From Clostridia bacterium (GTDB taxonomy: Bacteria; Bacillota; Clostridia; Oscillospirales; Acutalibacteraceae), in NCBI GenBank assembly GCA_017435385.1, contig JAFSFB010000020.1, positions 5,251-69,250 of the forward strand: a stretch of 64,000 nucleotides of DNA, read 5' to 3'. The notes beneath the pieces are model-generated. The model had not been told where the DNA came from. It ran no database searches and saw only the letters and a list, made by a program, of their open reading frames with translations. Shown piece by piece: positions 7,816 to 17,070 of this stretch. The position numbers and the translations under genes were made by a program. The stretch's first letter is position 1. Each line of letters begins with the position of its first letter.

Positions 7816-8875
7816 ATTAATAGGAAATCCGAAAGTTATCATGTCTAATCCCGACAGCCGTCACGGATATTTTGCGTGGCCGACCGCCGCTCTTCTTCAG
7901 GACGGAAAAATCGCAGTCGGAGCATCGGGCTTCAGGATCGAACATGTCTGTCCGTTCGGAAAAGGTGTTCTTTCATACAGCTTTGACGGCGGAGAAACAT
8001 ATACTTATCCCGCTCCCGTTATCGATACTCCTCTTGATGACAGAGATGTCGGAATCTGTCCTTTCGGTGAAAGCGGCGTTATCATGACCTCATTCAATAA
8101 TTCCGCTGATTTTCAAAGACAATATAACAAAGATAACGAATATGCGCAGAGATATATTGATTCGATAACGAAAGAGGATGAGGAAAAATATCTCGGTTCT
8201 GTTTTCCGCATCAGCCGTGATTGCGGAATAACCTTCGGTGAGATTTGTCACTCTCCCGTAACCTCTCCGCACGGACCGACTCAGCTCAGAAACGGAACCG
8301 TTCTATGGGCAGGAACAAGGTTTGACGATGTTTTCGGCGGAATTGAGATCCATAGTCTTGACACCGAAAGCGGGGAAACCGAATTTATCGGCAAAATTAT
8401 TTTAACGGGTAGAAACGGAGTGCTTAACGAGCCTCATATGATTGAATTACCGAGCGGCAGACTTATCTGCCATATGAGATGCGAAAATTCGGAGGCTTTT
8501 GAAGGCGGCGAAGAAGATCTTTTCACCGTTTACCAAAGCATATCCGATGACGGAGGAAAAAGCTGGAGCGAGCCGAGAATGCTTCTTGATGAAACGGGAG
8601 GAGCTCCGCCGCACCTGATTCTTCTGAGGTCGGGCATTCTTCTTTCAACTTACGGCAGACGAAAAATGCCCTACGGAATTATGGCAATGTTCAGCTCTGA
8701 CGGGGGAGAAACATGGGAAAAGGATATCCGTCTGTTCGAGAATAACGAAAGCGACGATCTCGGATATCCGTCAACCGTTGAGCTTCCCGACGGAACGCTT
8801 CTTACGGTTTTTTATGCCCGTGAGAATGAGGATTCTCCCTGTCGGATATATCAGCAGAAGTGGAAAATACTTTAA
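7805..8875 (+). CDS. Cytoplasmic BNR/Asp-box repeat glycosidase-like protein (sialidase fold)
   Basis: Two Asp-boxes, SDDGGKSW and SSDGGETW. No signal peptide. GAGGTG RBS. It overlaps the PnuC-like gene by 11 nt. Confidence 0.65.
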   Translation: MNIKLIGNPKVIMSNPDSRHGYFAWPTAALLQDGKIAVGASGFRIEHVCPFGKGVLSYSFDGGETYTYPAPVIDTPLDDRDVGICPFGESGVIMTSFNNSADFQRQYNKDNEYAQRYIDSITKEDEEKYLGSVFRISRDCGITFGEICHSPVTSPHGPTQLRNGTVLWAGTRFDDVFGGIEIHSLDTESGETEFIGKIILTGRNGVLNEPHMIELPSGRLICHMRCENSEAFEGGEEDLFTVYQSISDDGGKSWSEPRMLLDETGGAPPHLILLRSGILLSTYGRRKMPYGIMAMFSSDGGETWEKDIRLFENNESDDLGYPSTVELPDGTLLTVFYARENEDSPCRIYQQKWKIL

Positions 8876-8880
8876 ATGAC

Positions 8881-8914
8881 AAAAGCAAGCTGCCGTCAGA
8901 CAGCTTGCTTTCTT
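8881..8914. terminator. Bidirectional intrinsic terminator
   Basis: AAAA-GCAAGCTG-ccgtcaga-CAGCTTGC-TTTCTT, located between convergent genes. Confidence 0.75.
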
Positions 8915-8923
8915 CAACCGAAA

Positions 8924-9625
8924 TTATAATTTGCCGTTATCTTTAAGGTGTGCGGTATCGTTGATGAACTCAAATATTATGTCACCGTATCTGTTTGTCC
9001 CTTCTTTATATAGAGTGACTTTTGTTATTCCCGTATTATTGAAATCAAGGTCAAAAACGGGTGTTTTGTCTTTAAAGCCCATAAGTGAGAATACGAGATA
9101 TGTAATAAATGCACCGTGTGAAACAACGGCGATTTTTTCGCCGCTTGAAAAATGACTTCTGAGATAGGCGAGAGCTTTTTCTGCTCTTTCAAAGGTGCCT
9201 TTTTCGTCATCGGAGGCATTGTGATAGATCATCGGAGAATCCTCGTCAATGTCGGGGGCGAGAGCGGCATCGGGGTTGATTTTCCGAATATCCTGAAGAG
9301 AAGCACCGTTATATTCGGGAGATATCATCATTTCGCATATGAGCGGTAAAATCAAAAGCTTTTTTGTCGTTTTTTGAAATCCGATGATTTCCGTTGCGGT
9401 CTGAACCGCTCTGAGCATTGCACTTGAAAATAGGGCATCAAATTCAATATCGCTCAGATATTCTCCTGCTTTTTGAGCCTGAAAAATGCCCTTTTCTGTC
9501 AGAACGGGATCGTGTTTTTCTGTTTCGGTCAGAACTGCGCCGTCGGGATAGCCTGCGTTGCCCATGCTCTGCCCGTGGCGGATTATATAAAGCTCAAGCT
9601 CTTTGACGGGTCTGCTGTTTTCCAT
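8924..9625 (-). CDS. Histidine phosphatase superfamily protein (phosphoglycerate-mutase-like)
   Basis: LYIIRHGQSMGN (RHG motif), LRAVQTA and VVSHGAF. GGAGGTG RBS. Confidence 0.8.
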   Translation of the reverse strand: MENSRPVKELELYIIRHGQSMGNAGYPDGAVLTETEKHDPVLTEKGIFQAQKAGEYLSDIEFDALFSSAMLRAVQTATEIIGFQKTTKKLLILPLICEMMISPEYNGASLQDIRKINPDAALAPDIDEDSPMIYHNASDDEKGTFERAEKALAYLRSHFSSGEKIAVVSHGAFITYLVFSLMGFKDKTPVFDLDFNNTGITKVTLYKEGTNRYGDIIFEFINDTAHLKDNGKL

Positions 9626-9748
9626 AACACACCTCCGTTTATTTAATTTATTATATCACATCTTTATATGGTGTCAATCCGAATCGTATTCTTGACAACG
9701 GAAGATAATAATAGTAAAATTTACATATATTATTGAAAGGATATTATC

Positions 9749-10363
9749 ATGTCGGTTTGTTATATTGTCGGGGCAGGTGACTGTCCGTTTCTGTCTGTAA
9801 AAAAAGAATTGGGTGATATTATTATTGCCGCTGACGGCGGATTGAAGCACCTCGAAAAATTCGGATTTTCCGCCGATATTGCTATCGGTGACTTCGATTC
9901 TCTCGGTCATGTTCCTAACGGCGATAATGTTATCCGAATGATGCCCGAAAAGGATGTCACGGATATGTATGCGGCTGTTGAAGAGGGACTGAGAAGAGGC
10001 TTTGACCGCTTTGAGATTTTCGGCGCAACGGGCGGCAGACTCGATCACACCCTTGCCAATATTCAGCTTGCGGCACTTCTTGCAGAAAAGAATGTTGAAC
10101 ACCGCATTCACGGCGACGGATATTCGATAGTTGCCTTGAATAAATCGTCTGTCAGCTTCGATAGCTCTTTTAACGGTTATATATCGGTTTTTGCCCATTC
10201 GGATGTCTGCTCAGGCGTTACGATTGACGGACTGAAATATGAGCTGAAGGATGCAACGCTTACTAATACGTTTACTCTCGGTGTCAGCAACGAATTTGTC
10301 GGCAGAGAAAGCCGTATAAGCGTTGAAAAAGGAACTCTTTTGGTTGTATATACCAATAAATGA
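9749..10363 (+). CDS. thiN: Thiamine diphosphokinase
   Basis: AADGG, IGDFDS, KDVTDM and GATGGRLDHTLANI motifs. 204 aa. Confidence 0.85.
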   Translation: MSVCYIVGAGDCPFLSVKKELGDIIIAADGGLKHLEKFGFSADIAIGDFDSLGHVPNGDNVIRMMPEKDVTDMYAAVEEGLRRGFDRFEIFGATGGRLDHTLANIQLAALLAEKNVEHRIHGDGYSIVALNKSSVSFDSSFNGYISVFAHSDVCSGVTIDGLKYELKDATLTNTFTLGVSNEFVGRESRISVEKGTLLVVYTNK

Positions 10364-10380
10364 TTTTAGGAGATTTGAAA

Positions 10381-11802
10381 ATGAACAAAAAGATTTTATC
10401 CGTTTTTCTTGCATTTGTAATGGTTTTTACGGCTTTTTCGCCGGCATACGCTCAGACGGCTGAAAATGCATGGAATTCTTATTGGGAAACTGCCGATGCA
10501 AAGGCGGGTATCATAATGTTTCCCGGTGCAGATGATTCTCAGCGTAATTTCTCGTGGTATTCGGATTCCGAATCCGTTCCCGAAATTGTTCTTTCGGAGA
10601 AATCTGATATGAGCGGTTCGGCTTCGTTTTCGGGTTATTCCGTCGAAACCTACAGCGGAAATTATGCAAACAAGGTAACCGTAACAGGTCTTGAGGCAGG
10701 GAAGACATATTATTATCGGTGCAAAACCGATAATTATGTTTCATCGGTCTACAGCTTTGAAACAGATTCCGATGACAGCTTCACAGCGGTTTATATGACT
10801 GATATTCATGTCAGCTTCGATGAAAAGAATCCCGATTCGGTCAGGGACACTTCATATAATTTTGATCTTACCCTGAACAAAGCTCTTGAAACAGACGATG
10901 ATATTTCTCTGATTCTTTCTGCAGGTGATCAGGCGAGTGAGGGACTTGAATGCGAATATATCGGTATGTCGGCTTCGCCCGTTGTTAAAAGCATTCCCAT
11001 GGCAACGACGATCGGTAACCATGACCGTAAGGGCGTTGATTACAAAACATTTTCAAACATGCCCAATGAGGGAGATCATGCAGTTTCTTCATATGTCGGT
11101 TCCGACTGTTATTTTGTCAAGAACAATGTTTTGTTTCTCGTCATGGACAGCAACAACGCAAGTGGCGTTGACCACAGAAATTTTGTCAAAGCGGCAGTAA
11201 AAGAGAATCCCGATGTTGACTGGAAAGTCATGATGTTCCATCACGATCTTTACGGCGGCAGAATTCCTCACAGAGAGAGTGAAAATGCACTTTTGCGAAT
11301 TCTCTGGGCTCCGATAGCTGATGAATTCGGAATCGATCTCGTTCTTCTCGGTCACAGCCATTATTATACCGTTTCAAATGTTATGTATAACAATAAAACC
11401 GTTGCAACTCTGACTAACGGAGCAACGGTCAAGGATCCTGACGGAACGGTTTATATGGTTTCGGGCTCACTCAACAGACCGAGGGACGATGAAGACATTT
11501 CTCTCGGCGAAAATGTAGGCATTGAGTATCTGACTATGGATAAAATATATAATCTCATTGATTTTACCGAGGAAACGCTGACCGTCAGATCCTATGCGAT
11601 AGAGAGCAATGTCTGCTTCAGCTCGTTTACGATTGAAAAGTCGGATGCTGACGGCGGTCACAGCGACAGAATGCCTCCGCTTTATAACTTTATTATCAGA
11701 TTCATCGGAAGCGTTTATGCAGTTTTCAACAATATAGGCGTGTATAATGATCTCAAGGATAAAGGCTATGATGTCAATTTCTTTGAATTACTTTTCGGAT
11801 AA
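10381..11802 (+). CDS. Secreted purple-acid-phosphatase-like metallophosphoesterase
   Basis: Signal peptide MNKKILSVFLAFVMVFTAFSPAYA, an N-terminal PAP-type domain (GKTYYYRC) and metallophosphoesterase motifs DIH, GDQ, GNHD and GHSH. The C-terminus is an aromatic tail. Confidence 0.75.
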   Translation: MNKKILSVFLAFVMVFTAFSPAYAQTAENAWNSYWETADAKAGIIMFPGADDSQRNFSWYSDSESVPEIVLSEKSDMSGSASFSGYSVETYSGNYANKVTVTGLEAGKTYYYRCKTDNYVSSVYSFETDSDDSFTAVYMTDIHVSFDEKNPDSVRDTSYNFDLTLNKALETDDDISLILSAGDQASEGLECEYIGMSASPVVKSIPMATTIGNHDRKGVDYKTFSNMPNEGDHAVSSYVGSDCYFVKNNVLFLVMDSNNASGVDHRNFVKAAVKENPDVDWKVMMFHHDLYGGRIPHRESENALLRILWAPIADEFGIDLVLLGHSHYYTVSNVMYNNKTVATLTNGATVKDPDGTVYMVSGSLNRPRDDEDISLGENVGIEYLTMDKIYNLIDFTEETLTVRSYAIESNVCFSSFTIEKSDADGGHSDRMPPLYNFIIRFIGSVYAVFNNIGVYNDLKDKGYDVNFFELLFG

Positions 11803-11813
11803 GGAGAATATTT

Positions 11814-12104
11814 ATGATTAAGCATATTGTTTGTTTCAAATTAAAGGATAACAGTCCCGAAAACTGCGAAAAAGCAAAGGAAGTTCTTCTTTCGATGAAG
11901 GGAAATGTTCCTCTTGTGCGTGATATTGCCGTCGGCATCGATTTTCTTCATTCGGAGCGTTCGTATGACATTATTCTCGAGGTTGTTATTGATGATGCAA
12001 AAGCTCTTGAGGAATATCAGAACGATGCATATCATTGTTCTGTCGTCAAAACTCATATGCACGCAGTCAGAGAATCATGCATCGCAATCGATTATGAGAT
12101 CTGA
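11814..12104 (+). CDS. Dabb (stress-responsive A/B barrel) family protein
   Basis: 96 aa. MIKHIVCFKLKD... matches the typical Dabb N-terminus and length. AAGGAG RBS. Confidence 0.75.
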   Translation: MIKHIVCFKLKDNSPENCEKAKEVLLSMKGNVPLVRDIAVGIDFLHSERSYDIILEVVIDDAKALEEYQNDAYHCSVVKTHMHAVRESCIAIDYEI

Positions 12105-12110
12105 CAGTTT

Positions 12111-12140
12111 ACAGCTCTGCCTCGGCGGAGCTGTTTTTTG
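12111..12140 (+). terminator. Intrinsic terminator
   Basis: ACAGCTC-tgcctcggcg-GAGCTGT followed by TTTTT. Confidence 0.75.
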
Positions 12141-12190
12141 TTGACTGAGAGATATAACTATGATATATTTATATTAAAGAGGTGACATTT

Positions 12191-14617
12191 ATGAACATCA
12201 TTAAGAAGAAAGCATATAAGCTTGTCGGAAAAATTGTCAATGCCGTTACGAATGCCGCAACCGCTCAGGATTCTAATTCAAAAGTCGGGAACGGTTATAA
12301 ACCCGATGAAAAAATCGTTGCTCTCTGCCGTCAGACGGGCGCAGAGGGAATTGTCATGCTGAAAAACAAGGACAATGTTCTGCCTTTGTCTGCCGATAGA
12401 ACGGTTTCAGTTTTCGGAAGAGTTCAGCGTGATTATTTTTATGTCGGCTACGGCTCTGGCGGAGATGTCAATGCACCTTATAAAATCAGCCTGATTGACG
12501 GTCTGAGAGCCAATAAGAATATCAGTATCAATGAAATTCTTGCATCGGTCTATGAAAAATGGTGCACGGAAAATCCCGTTGACGACGGATTCTGGGGTCA
12601 TTGGCCCATGTGCTATGATGAGATGCCCGTCACATCTGCTCTTGCGGCTGAGGCTGCGGAGGAATCGGACACGGCGATTGTCGTTATCGGCAGAGCCGCA
12701 GGCGAGGACAGAGAAAACAAGCTCGAAAAAGGCAGTTATTACCTGACCGATGAAGAGCATGCGATGCTTGATGCGGTAACGGAAAAGTTCGGAAAAGTCA
12801 TTCTGCTTCTCAACTGCGGAAGCATTATGGATATGTGTGCTATCAATGCTTACGGTGACAGAATTTCCGCCATACTTTATGTCTGGCAGAGCGGCATGGA
12901 AAGCGGCAATGCCGTTGCGGATGTTCTTTCAGGTGATGTTTCTCCGAGCGGAAAGCTGACAGATACGATCGCAACAAGCTATAAGCGTTATCCAGGATGC
13001 AACGATTTCGGCGACAGAAAGTTCAACTGCTATACAGAGGATATCTATGTCGGTTACCGATATTTTGAAACCTTCAAAAAGCACAGAGTTCTTTATCCCT
13101 TCGGCTTCGGTCTGAGCTATACCGAATTTGCTTTTGAAAACATCTCTTTTGACTGTGACGGCGGTGTGATAACCGTTGGTGCCGATGTTAAGAATATCGG
13201 TGAATATTCGGGCAAAGAGGTCGTTCAGGTTTATTTTGAAGCTCCCTGCGGAAGGCTCGGCAAGCCTTCGAGAGTTCTCGCCGCATTTGCGAAAACATCG
13301 CTTCTCGGAAAAGGAGAATCCGAAAGAATATCTCTCTCGTTCAATATTAATGACATGGCATCCTATGACGATGTCAAAGAGTTTTCATACATACTCGAAA
13401 AAGGCGAATATAAGATTTATCTCGGCTCGGATGTCCGTTCTGCCGAGGCTTGCGGAGTTTATGTTCATCCCGAAGATGAAATTACCCTCAGACTTTCCCA
13501 GACAGCGGCTCCTCGGGAAGCTTTTGACCGCATGAAAGCAACTCCCGACGGAATTGCTTATGAGCCCGTACCTCTTGCAAAATATGATCTGAAGAAGATC
13601 ATTCTTGATAATCTTCCCAAGGAGTATTCAAAAGGTAAGTCCTGCACTCTTGCCGATGTCAGAAACGGCAAGGCTTCAATGGAGGAATTCGTTGCGACTC
13701 TTCCCCCGAAAGAGCTTGAAGCGATAAGCAGGGGAGATTATACGATGAACAGCCCGCTCGGCACAAAGGGCAATGCCGCAGTTTACGGTGGCGTTCTCGA
13801 CTCGTTGAGAAAGAAAGGTGTTCCTCCCGTCACAACGACCGACGGACCTTCGGGCATCCGTCTGACATCCTGTGCATCGCTCATGCCCATCGGAACCGAG
13901 ATTGCCTGCACATGGAATACCGATCTCGCAAAAGCCCTTTATACAGAGGTCGGCAAGGAGATGAAAATTCTCGGCTCGGATGTTCTTCTTGCACCGGGCA
14001 TGAATATTCACAGAAATCCTCTTTGCGGACGTAATTTTGAGTATTATTCGGAAGATCCTCTTCTGACAGGTAAAATGGCGGCGGCTGTTGTCAGCGGAAT
14101 GCAGAGCAGCGGTGTTTCGGCATGTCCTAAGCATTTTGCCTGCAACAATCAGGAAACCAACCGTATATATAATGATTCGAGAGTTTCCGAAAGAGCTTTG
14201 CGTGAGATTTATCTCAAAGGCTTTGAAATCTGCGTCAAAGAAGCGAAGCCTCAGAATATCATGACATCGTATAACAAAATTAACGGAGTCTGGGGACATT
14301 ATCATTATGAGCTTTGCACCCGCATTCTCAGAGGTGAGTGGGGATTTGACGGCTGTATAATGACCGACTGGTGGATGCGTTCGTCGAAGTCACCCGAATT
14401 CCCGAATCTCTGTGACCAGGCTTACAGAGTCCGTGCAGGTGTCAATGTTCTCATGCCAGGCGGAGGAAGAACGGGAAGAAGAAAGCCCGACGGTACTCTT
14501 CTGAAAACTCTCGGCAAGAAAGACGGCATAACTCTCGGTGAGCTCCAGAAAAATGCCGCCGAAATTCTCGGGTTCGTTGTTAAAAGTGCGGCTATGAAAG
14601 GGGATTATCTCAAATGA
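12191..14617 (+). CDS. Glycoside hydrolase family 3 beta-glucosidase-like enzyme with permuted domain order
   Basis: The alpha/beta-sandwich and FnIII-like parts come first (GMESGNAVADVLSGDVSPSGKLTDT; VKNIGEYSGKEVVQVYF). The catalytic barrel comes last (GPSGIR, KHFACNNQETNR, SYNKINGVW, IMTDWW). ATG 12191 follows an AAAGAGGTG RBS. Confidence 0.85.
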   Translation: MNIIKKKAYKLVGKIVNAVTNAATAQDSNSKVGNGYKPDEKIVALCRQTGAEGIVMLKNKDNVLPLSADRTVSVFGRVQRDYFYVGYGSGGDVNAPYKISLIDGLRANKNISINEILASVYEKWCTENPVDDGFWGHWPMCYDEMPVTSALAAEAAEESDTAIVVIGRAAGEDRENKLEKGSYYLTDEEHAMLDAVTEKFGKVILLLNCGSIMDMCAINAYGDRISAILYVWQSGMESGNAVADVLSGDVSPSGKLTDTIATSYKRYPGCNDFGDRKFNCYTEDIYVGYRYFETFKKHRVLYPFGFGLSYTEFAFENISFDCDGGVITVGADVKNIGEYSGKEVVQVYFEAPCGRLGKPSRVLAAFAKTSLLGKGESERISLSFNINDMASYDDVKEFSYILEKGEYKIYLGSDVRSAEACGVYVHPEDEITLRLSQTAAPREAFDRMKATPDGIAYEPVPLAKYDLKKIILDNLPKEYSKGKSCTLADVRNGKASMEEFVATLPPKELEAISRGDYTMNSPLGTKGNAAVYGGVLDSLRKKGVPPVTTTDGPSGIRLTSCASLMPIGTEIACTWNTDLAKALYTEVGKEMKILGSDVLLAPGMNIHRNPLCGRNFEYYSEDPLLTGKMAAAVVSGMQSSGVSACPKHFACNNQETNRIYNDSRVSERALREIYLKGFEICVKEAKPQNIMTSYNKINGVWGHYHYELCTRILRGEWGFDGCIMTDWWMRSSKSPEFPNLCDQAYRVRAGVNVLMPGGGRTGRRKPDGTLLKTLGKKDGITLGELQKNAAEILGFVVKSAAMKGDYLK

Positions 14618-15090
14618 GCTCTTTCGGGATCGTTCCGGCAACCCGTGATGACTGCGAAGAAATTCTCGGCTTTATCAAAGCTCTTGCAGAATATGAGAAA
14701 ATGAGCGGCGAGGTTGTTGCTACCCGTGAGCTTCTCGAAGAATGGATTTTTGATAAACAGAAGGCAGAGGTGATCTTTGCTGTCGAAGACGGCAGAAAGG
14801 TTGGATTTGCACTTTACTTCCATAACTTTTCAACTTTCCTCGGAAGAGCGGGAATCTATCTTGAAGATTTATTTGTTCTTCCCGAATTCAGAGGCAAAGG
14901 CTACGGCAAAGCTCTTCTCAGAAAGCTTGCAGAAATAACTCTTGAAAGAGGCTGCGGCAGACTTGAATGGTGCTGCCTTGACTGGAATAAACCGAGCATT
15001 GATTTTTATCTGTCGCTTGGTGCGAAGCCTCTTGATGACTGGACGATTTACCGTCTGACGGGTGACTCGCTTAGAAATATGGCTCAATAA
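14614..15090 (+). CDS. GNAT family N-acetyltransferase (diamine/SSAT-like)
   Basis: LEDLFVLPEFRGKGYGKALL acetyl-CoA binding motif and LDWNKPSIDFYLSLGA. The ATGA start overlaps the GH3 stop. Confidence 0.8.
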   Translation: MSSFGIVPATRDDCEEILGFIKALAEYEKMSGEVVATRELLEEWIFDKQKAEVIFAVEDGRKVGFALYFHNFSTFLGRAGIYLEDLFVLPEFRGKGYGKALLRKLAEITLERGCGRLEWCCLDWNKPSIDFYLSLGAKPLDDWTIYRLTGDSLRNMAQ

Positions 15091-15091
15091 T

Positions 15092-15125
15092 AATACCGCC
15101 CTGTGAACAGATCACAGGGCGGTAT
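15092..15125. terminator. Bidirectional intrinsic terminator
   Basis: Perfect 14-bp stem ATACCGCCCTGTGA / TCACAGGGCGGTAT between convergent genes. Confidence 0.8.
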
Positions 15126-15142
15126 TCTTTATTAATTAATGA

Positions 15143-15583
15143 TTATTTAACCGTAACAGTACCGTCAAGAGCAACGGAGATATCCATGCCGTCTTTAACA
15201 TAGTTAAGGAATTCGTCACCGAGGCAGTCGATAACGGTCATGGGTTCTTCTGCCCATACTGCGCCGAGAACTGCGCCTGCGCATGCAAGAGAGTCAATAT
15301 GCTCTGAGAAAAGCATGCACTTGGGATTTCTCTTCATTTCGGTTGCACAGTAGAGAACCATGCCGCCTGTTGTTGAACCGATGGTCTGGGGAAGGCAGAG
15401 CGCTGTGCCGACCATGGGCTTCTGATAAAGATCGGCGTTATTCTGATCGCCGCACTTTGCTTCTTTATCACCGAACTGAAGAGCGTTCTGGAAAGAGGCA
15501 AGGGTATTGAAACCGCCGTGGGAAACAAGAGCCTTTGCTTCGCAGGTGCCTGCACAAACAGGTCTTCCTTTAAACTGTTTCAT
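15143..15583 (-). CDS. Aconitase X swivel-domain subunit (DUF126)
   Basis: 146 aa. GRPVCAGTCEAKALV...LCLPQTIGSTTGGMVL pattern. It lies 1 nt downstream of the DUF521 gene. Confidence 0.75.
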   Translation of the reverse strand: MKQFKGRPVCAGTCEAKALVSHGGFNTLASFQNALQFGDKEAKCGDQNNADLYQKPMVGTALCLPQTIGSTTGGMVLYCATEMKRNPKCMLFSEHIDSLACAGAVLGAVWAEEPMTVIDCLGDEFLNYVKDGMDISVALDGTVTVK

Positions 15584-15584
15584 C

Positions 15585-16874
15585 TTATTTTGCCTCCTTT
15601 GATGTGATTATGTTGAGAATTTCGTCGCTTGTGTAGTAACGGGAAGTTGTGTATGTACGGAGCTTGTTTGAGTTAGTGATAACAGGCATCTTCTTGCAAA
15701 GAGGATTGTTCATATACATGAGGGGACAGATGTAGCTGAGAACAACGCCTGTTTCCTTAAGTTTTGCGGCATAAGGTGTCTTTTCGAATTCTTCGATAAC
15801 ACCGGGAGCAGCTGTGAATACTGTGGGGATAGAAACCTTTTTAAGACCGTTCTTCTTCAGACCGTCAACAACCTTATCGGTCCATTCGATGAGCTGTGCA
15901 TATGAAAGATGGGGGCAACCGACGAAGCAGAGCTTGGGAGTTGCGTCCTTGTTCTTCCACATTACGGGATATCCGTTCTTGACTCTTTCAAGTTCAGCAT
16001 CGTCAATTACATAAACCTGAGCATTTTCAGCTATAAGGTCTGCGCCTGATTCAACTGCTTCGGGAGTAAGGTTTTCGATGTGATAAAGACCGACGGCGCC
16101 GTTTGAAGCTGTTGCTGCACCGAAGTCCTTGAGATAAGCCTTGGTGTCGCCGTTAAGCTCTGTGCCGATCCACTTGTCAAGACCCTTGACAAAGGGAACA
16201 TCTTCCATAACCTTCATGCCGATTGCGGAACCGAGGATCTGAGCTTCGGGTTTTTTGCTTGTCTTGACTTCAACGATCCATGTTGCTTTTCTGCCTTCGT
16301 CGGTGAGGAGTCCGAAATAGGGGACCTTGCCGAGGATAGAACCGAAGAGCTCGATGATACCTGAGTTTCTGTTGCAGCGTGCACCGAGAACTGAGTTTGC
16401 ATAAACAACAGCCGATGATTCAGCCCATGAAAGAATGTCGCCCTTCTTGGGAACATTACCGACTTCGTCCATATAGCATGTGCAGGTGTAAGCCTTATCG
16501 TCAATAAGTCCGAGCTTTGAAAGCTGACCGTCATACATATTCTGCATGCTGTACATAAACTTGTTGAAGATAAGCTTCTGGAGGAAGTTTGCGGGAACCT
16601 TGGGATCGAGAGGCTTGGGGTCAACCGAGAATTTCTGAGTTGAAATTGCTCCGCCTTCGATAAGCTTGTTCATAAGGTCATAAACGGGAGCCATAACCTT
16701 CAGACCGAAGCTTGTAACGAGATGACCCTTATCGCTTGTGACGGGAACCATCTTTGTTGCATCAAAAGCATCGCCGTAAAGAACAAGAGTCTTCATGACC
16801 TTTGCCATTGTTTCACCCTTGGAGCCGTTGAGAATGTCAAGCTCTTCCTGAGTGAGATTCATCTTATAATCCAT
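15585..16874 (-). CDS. Aconitase X catalytic subunit (DUF521)
   Basis: 429 aa. N-terminus LTQEELDILNGSKGETMAKVMKTLVLYGDAF is typical of DUF521/AcnX large subunits. Confidence 0.75.
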   Translation of the reverse strand: MDYKMNLTQEELDILNGSKGETMAKVMKTLVLYGDAFDATKMVPVTSDKGHLVTSFGLKVMAPVYDLMNKLIEGGAISTQKFSVDPKPLDPKVPANFLQKLIFNKFMYSMQNMYDGQLSKLGLIDDKAYTCTCYMDEVGNVPKKGDILSWAESSAVVYANSVLGARCNRNSGIIELFGSILGKVPYFGLLTDEGRKATWIVEVKTSKKPEAQILGSAIGMKVMEDVPFVKGLDKWIGTELNGDTKAYLKDFGAATASNGAVGLYHIENLTPEAVESGADLIAENAQVYVIDDAELERVKNGYPVMWKNKDATPKLCFVGCPHLSYAQLIEWTDKVVDGLKKNGLKKVSIPTVFTAAPGVIEEFEKTPYAAKLKETGVVLSYICPLMYMNNPLCKKMPVITNSNKLRTYTTSRYYTSDEILNIITSKEAK

Positions 16875-17029
16875 AGTTGAGGACGTCCTTTCTGAATAGA
16901 ATGTGACATATCGGAGCTCAGCCCGATTTGATTACCATTATATATTAACATTTTATATTCTCAAATTCAACAATTATTTATATTTTATTTTATACAAATT
17001 TTATATGGTGATTATAAGCTCAGTGATAT

Positions 17030-17058
17030 AAAAAGACCGACAGATCTCTCTGTCGGTC
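17030..17058 (-). terminator. Intrinsic terminator of the nfeD-SPFH operon
   Basis: Minus strand has GACCGACAG-agagatc-CTGTCGGTC followed by TTTTT. Confidence 0.75.
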
Positions 17059-17070
17059 AATGTTATTCTG

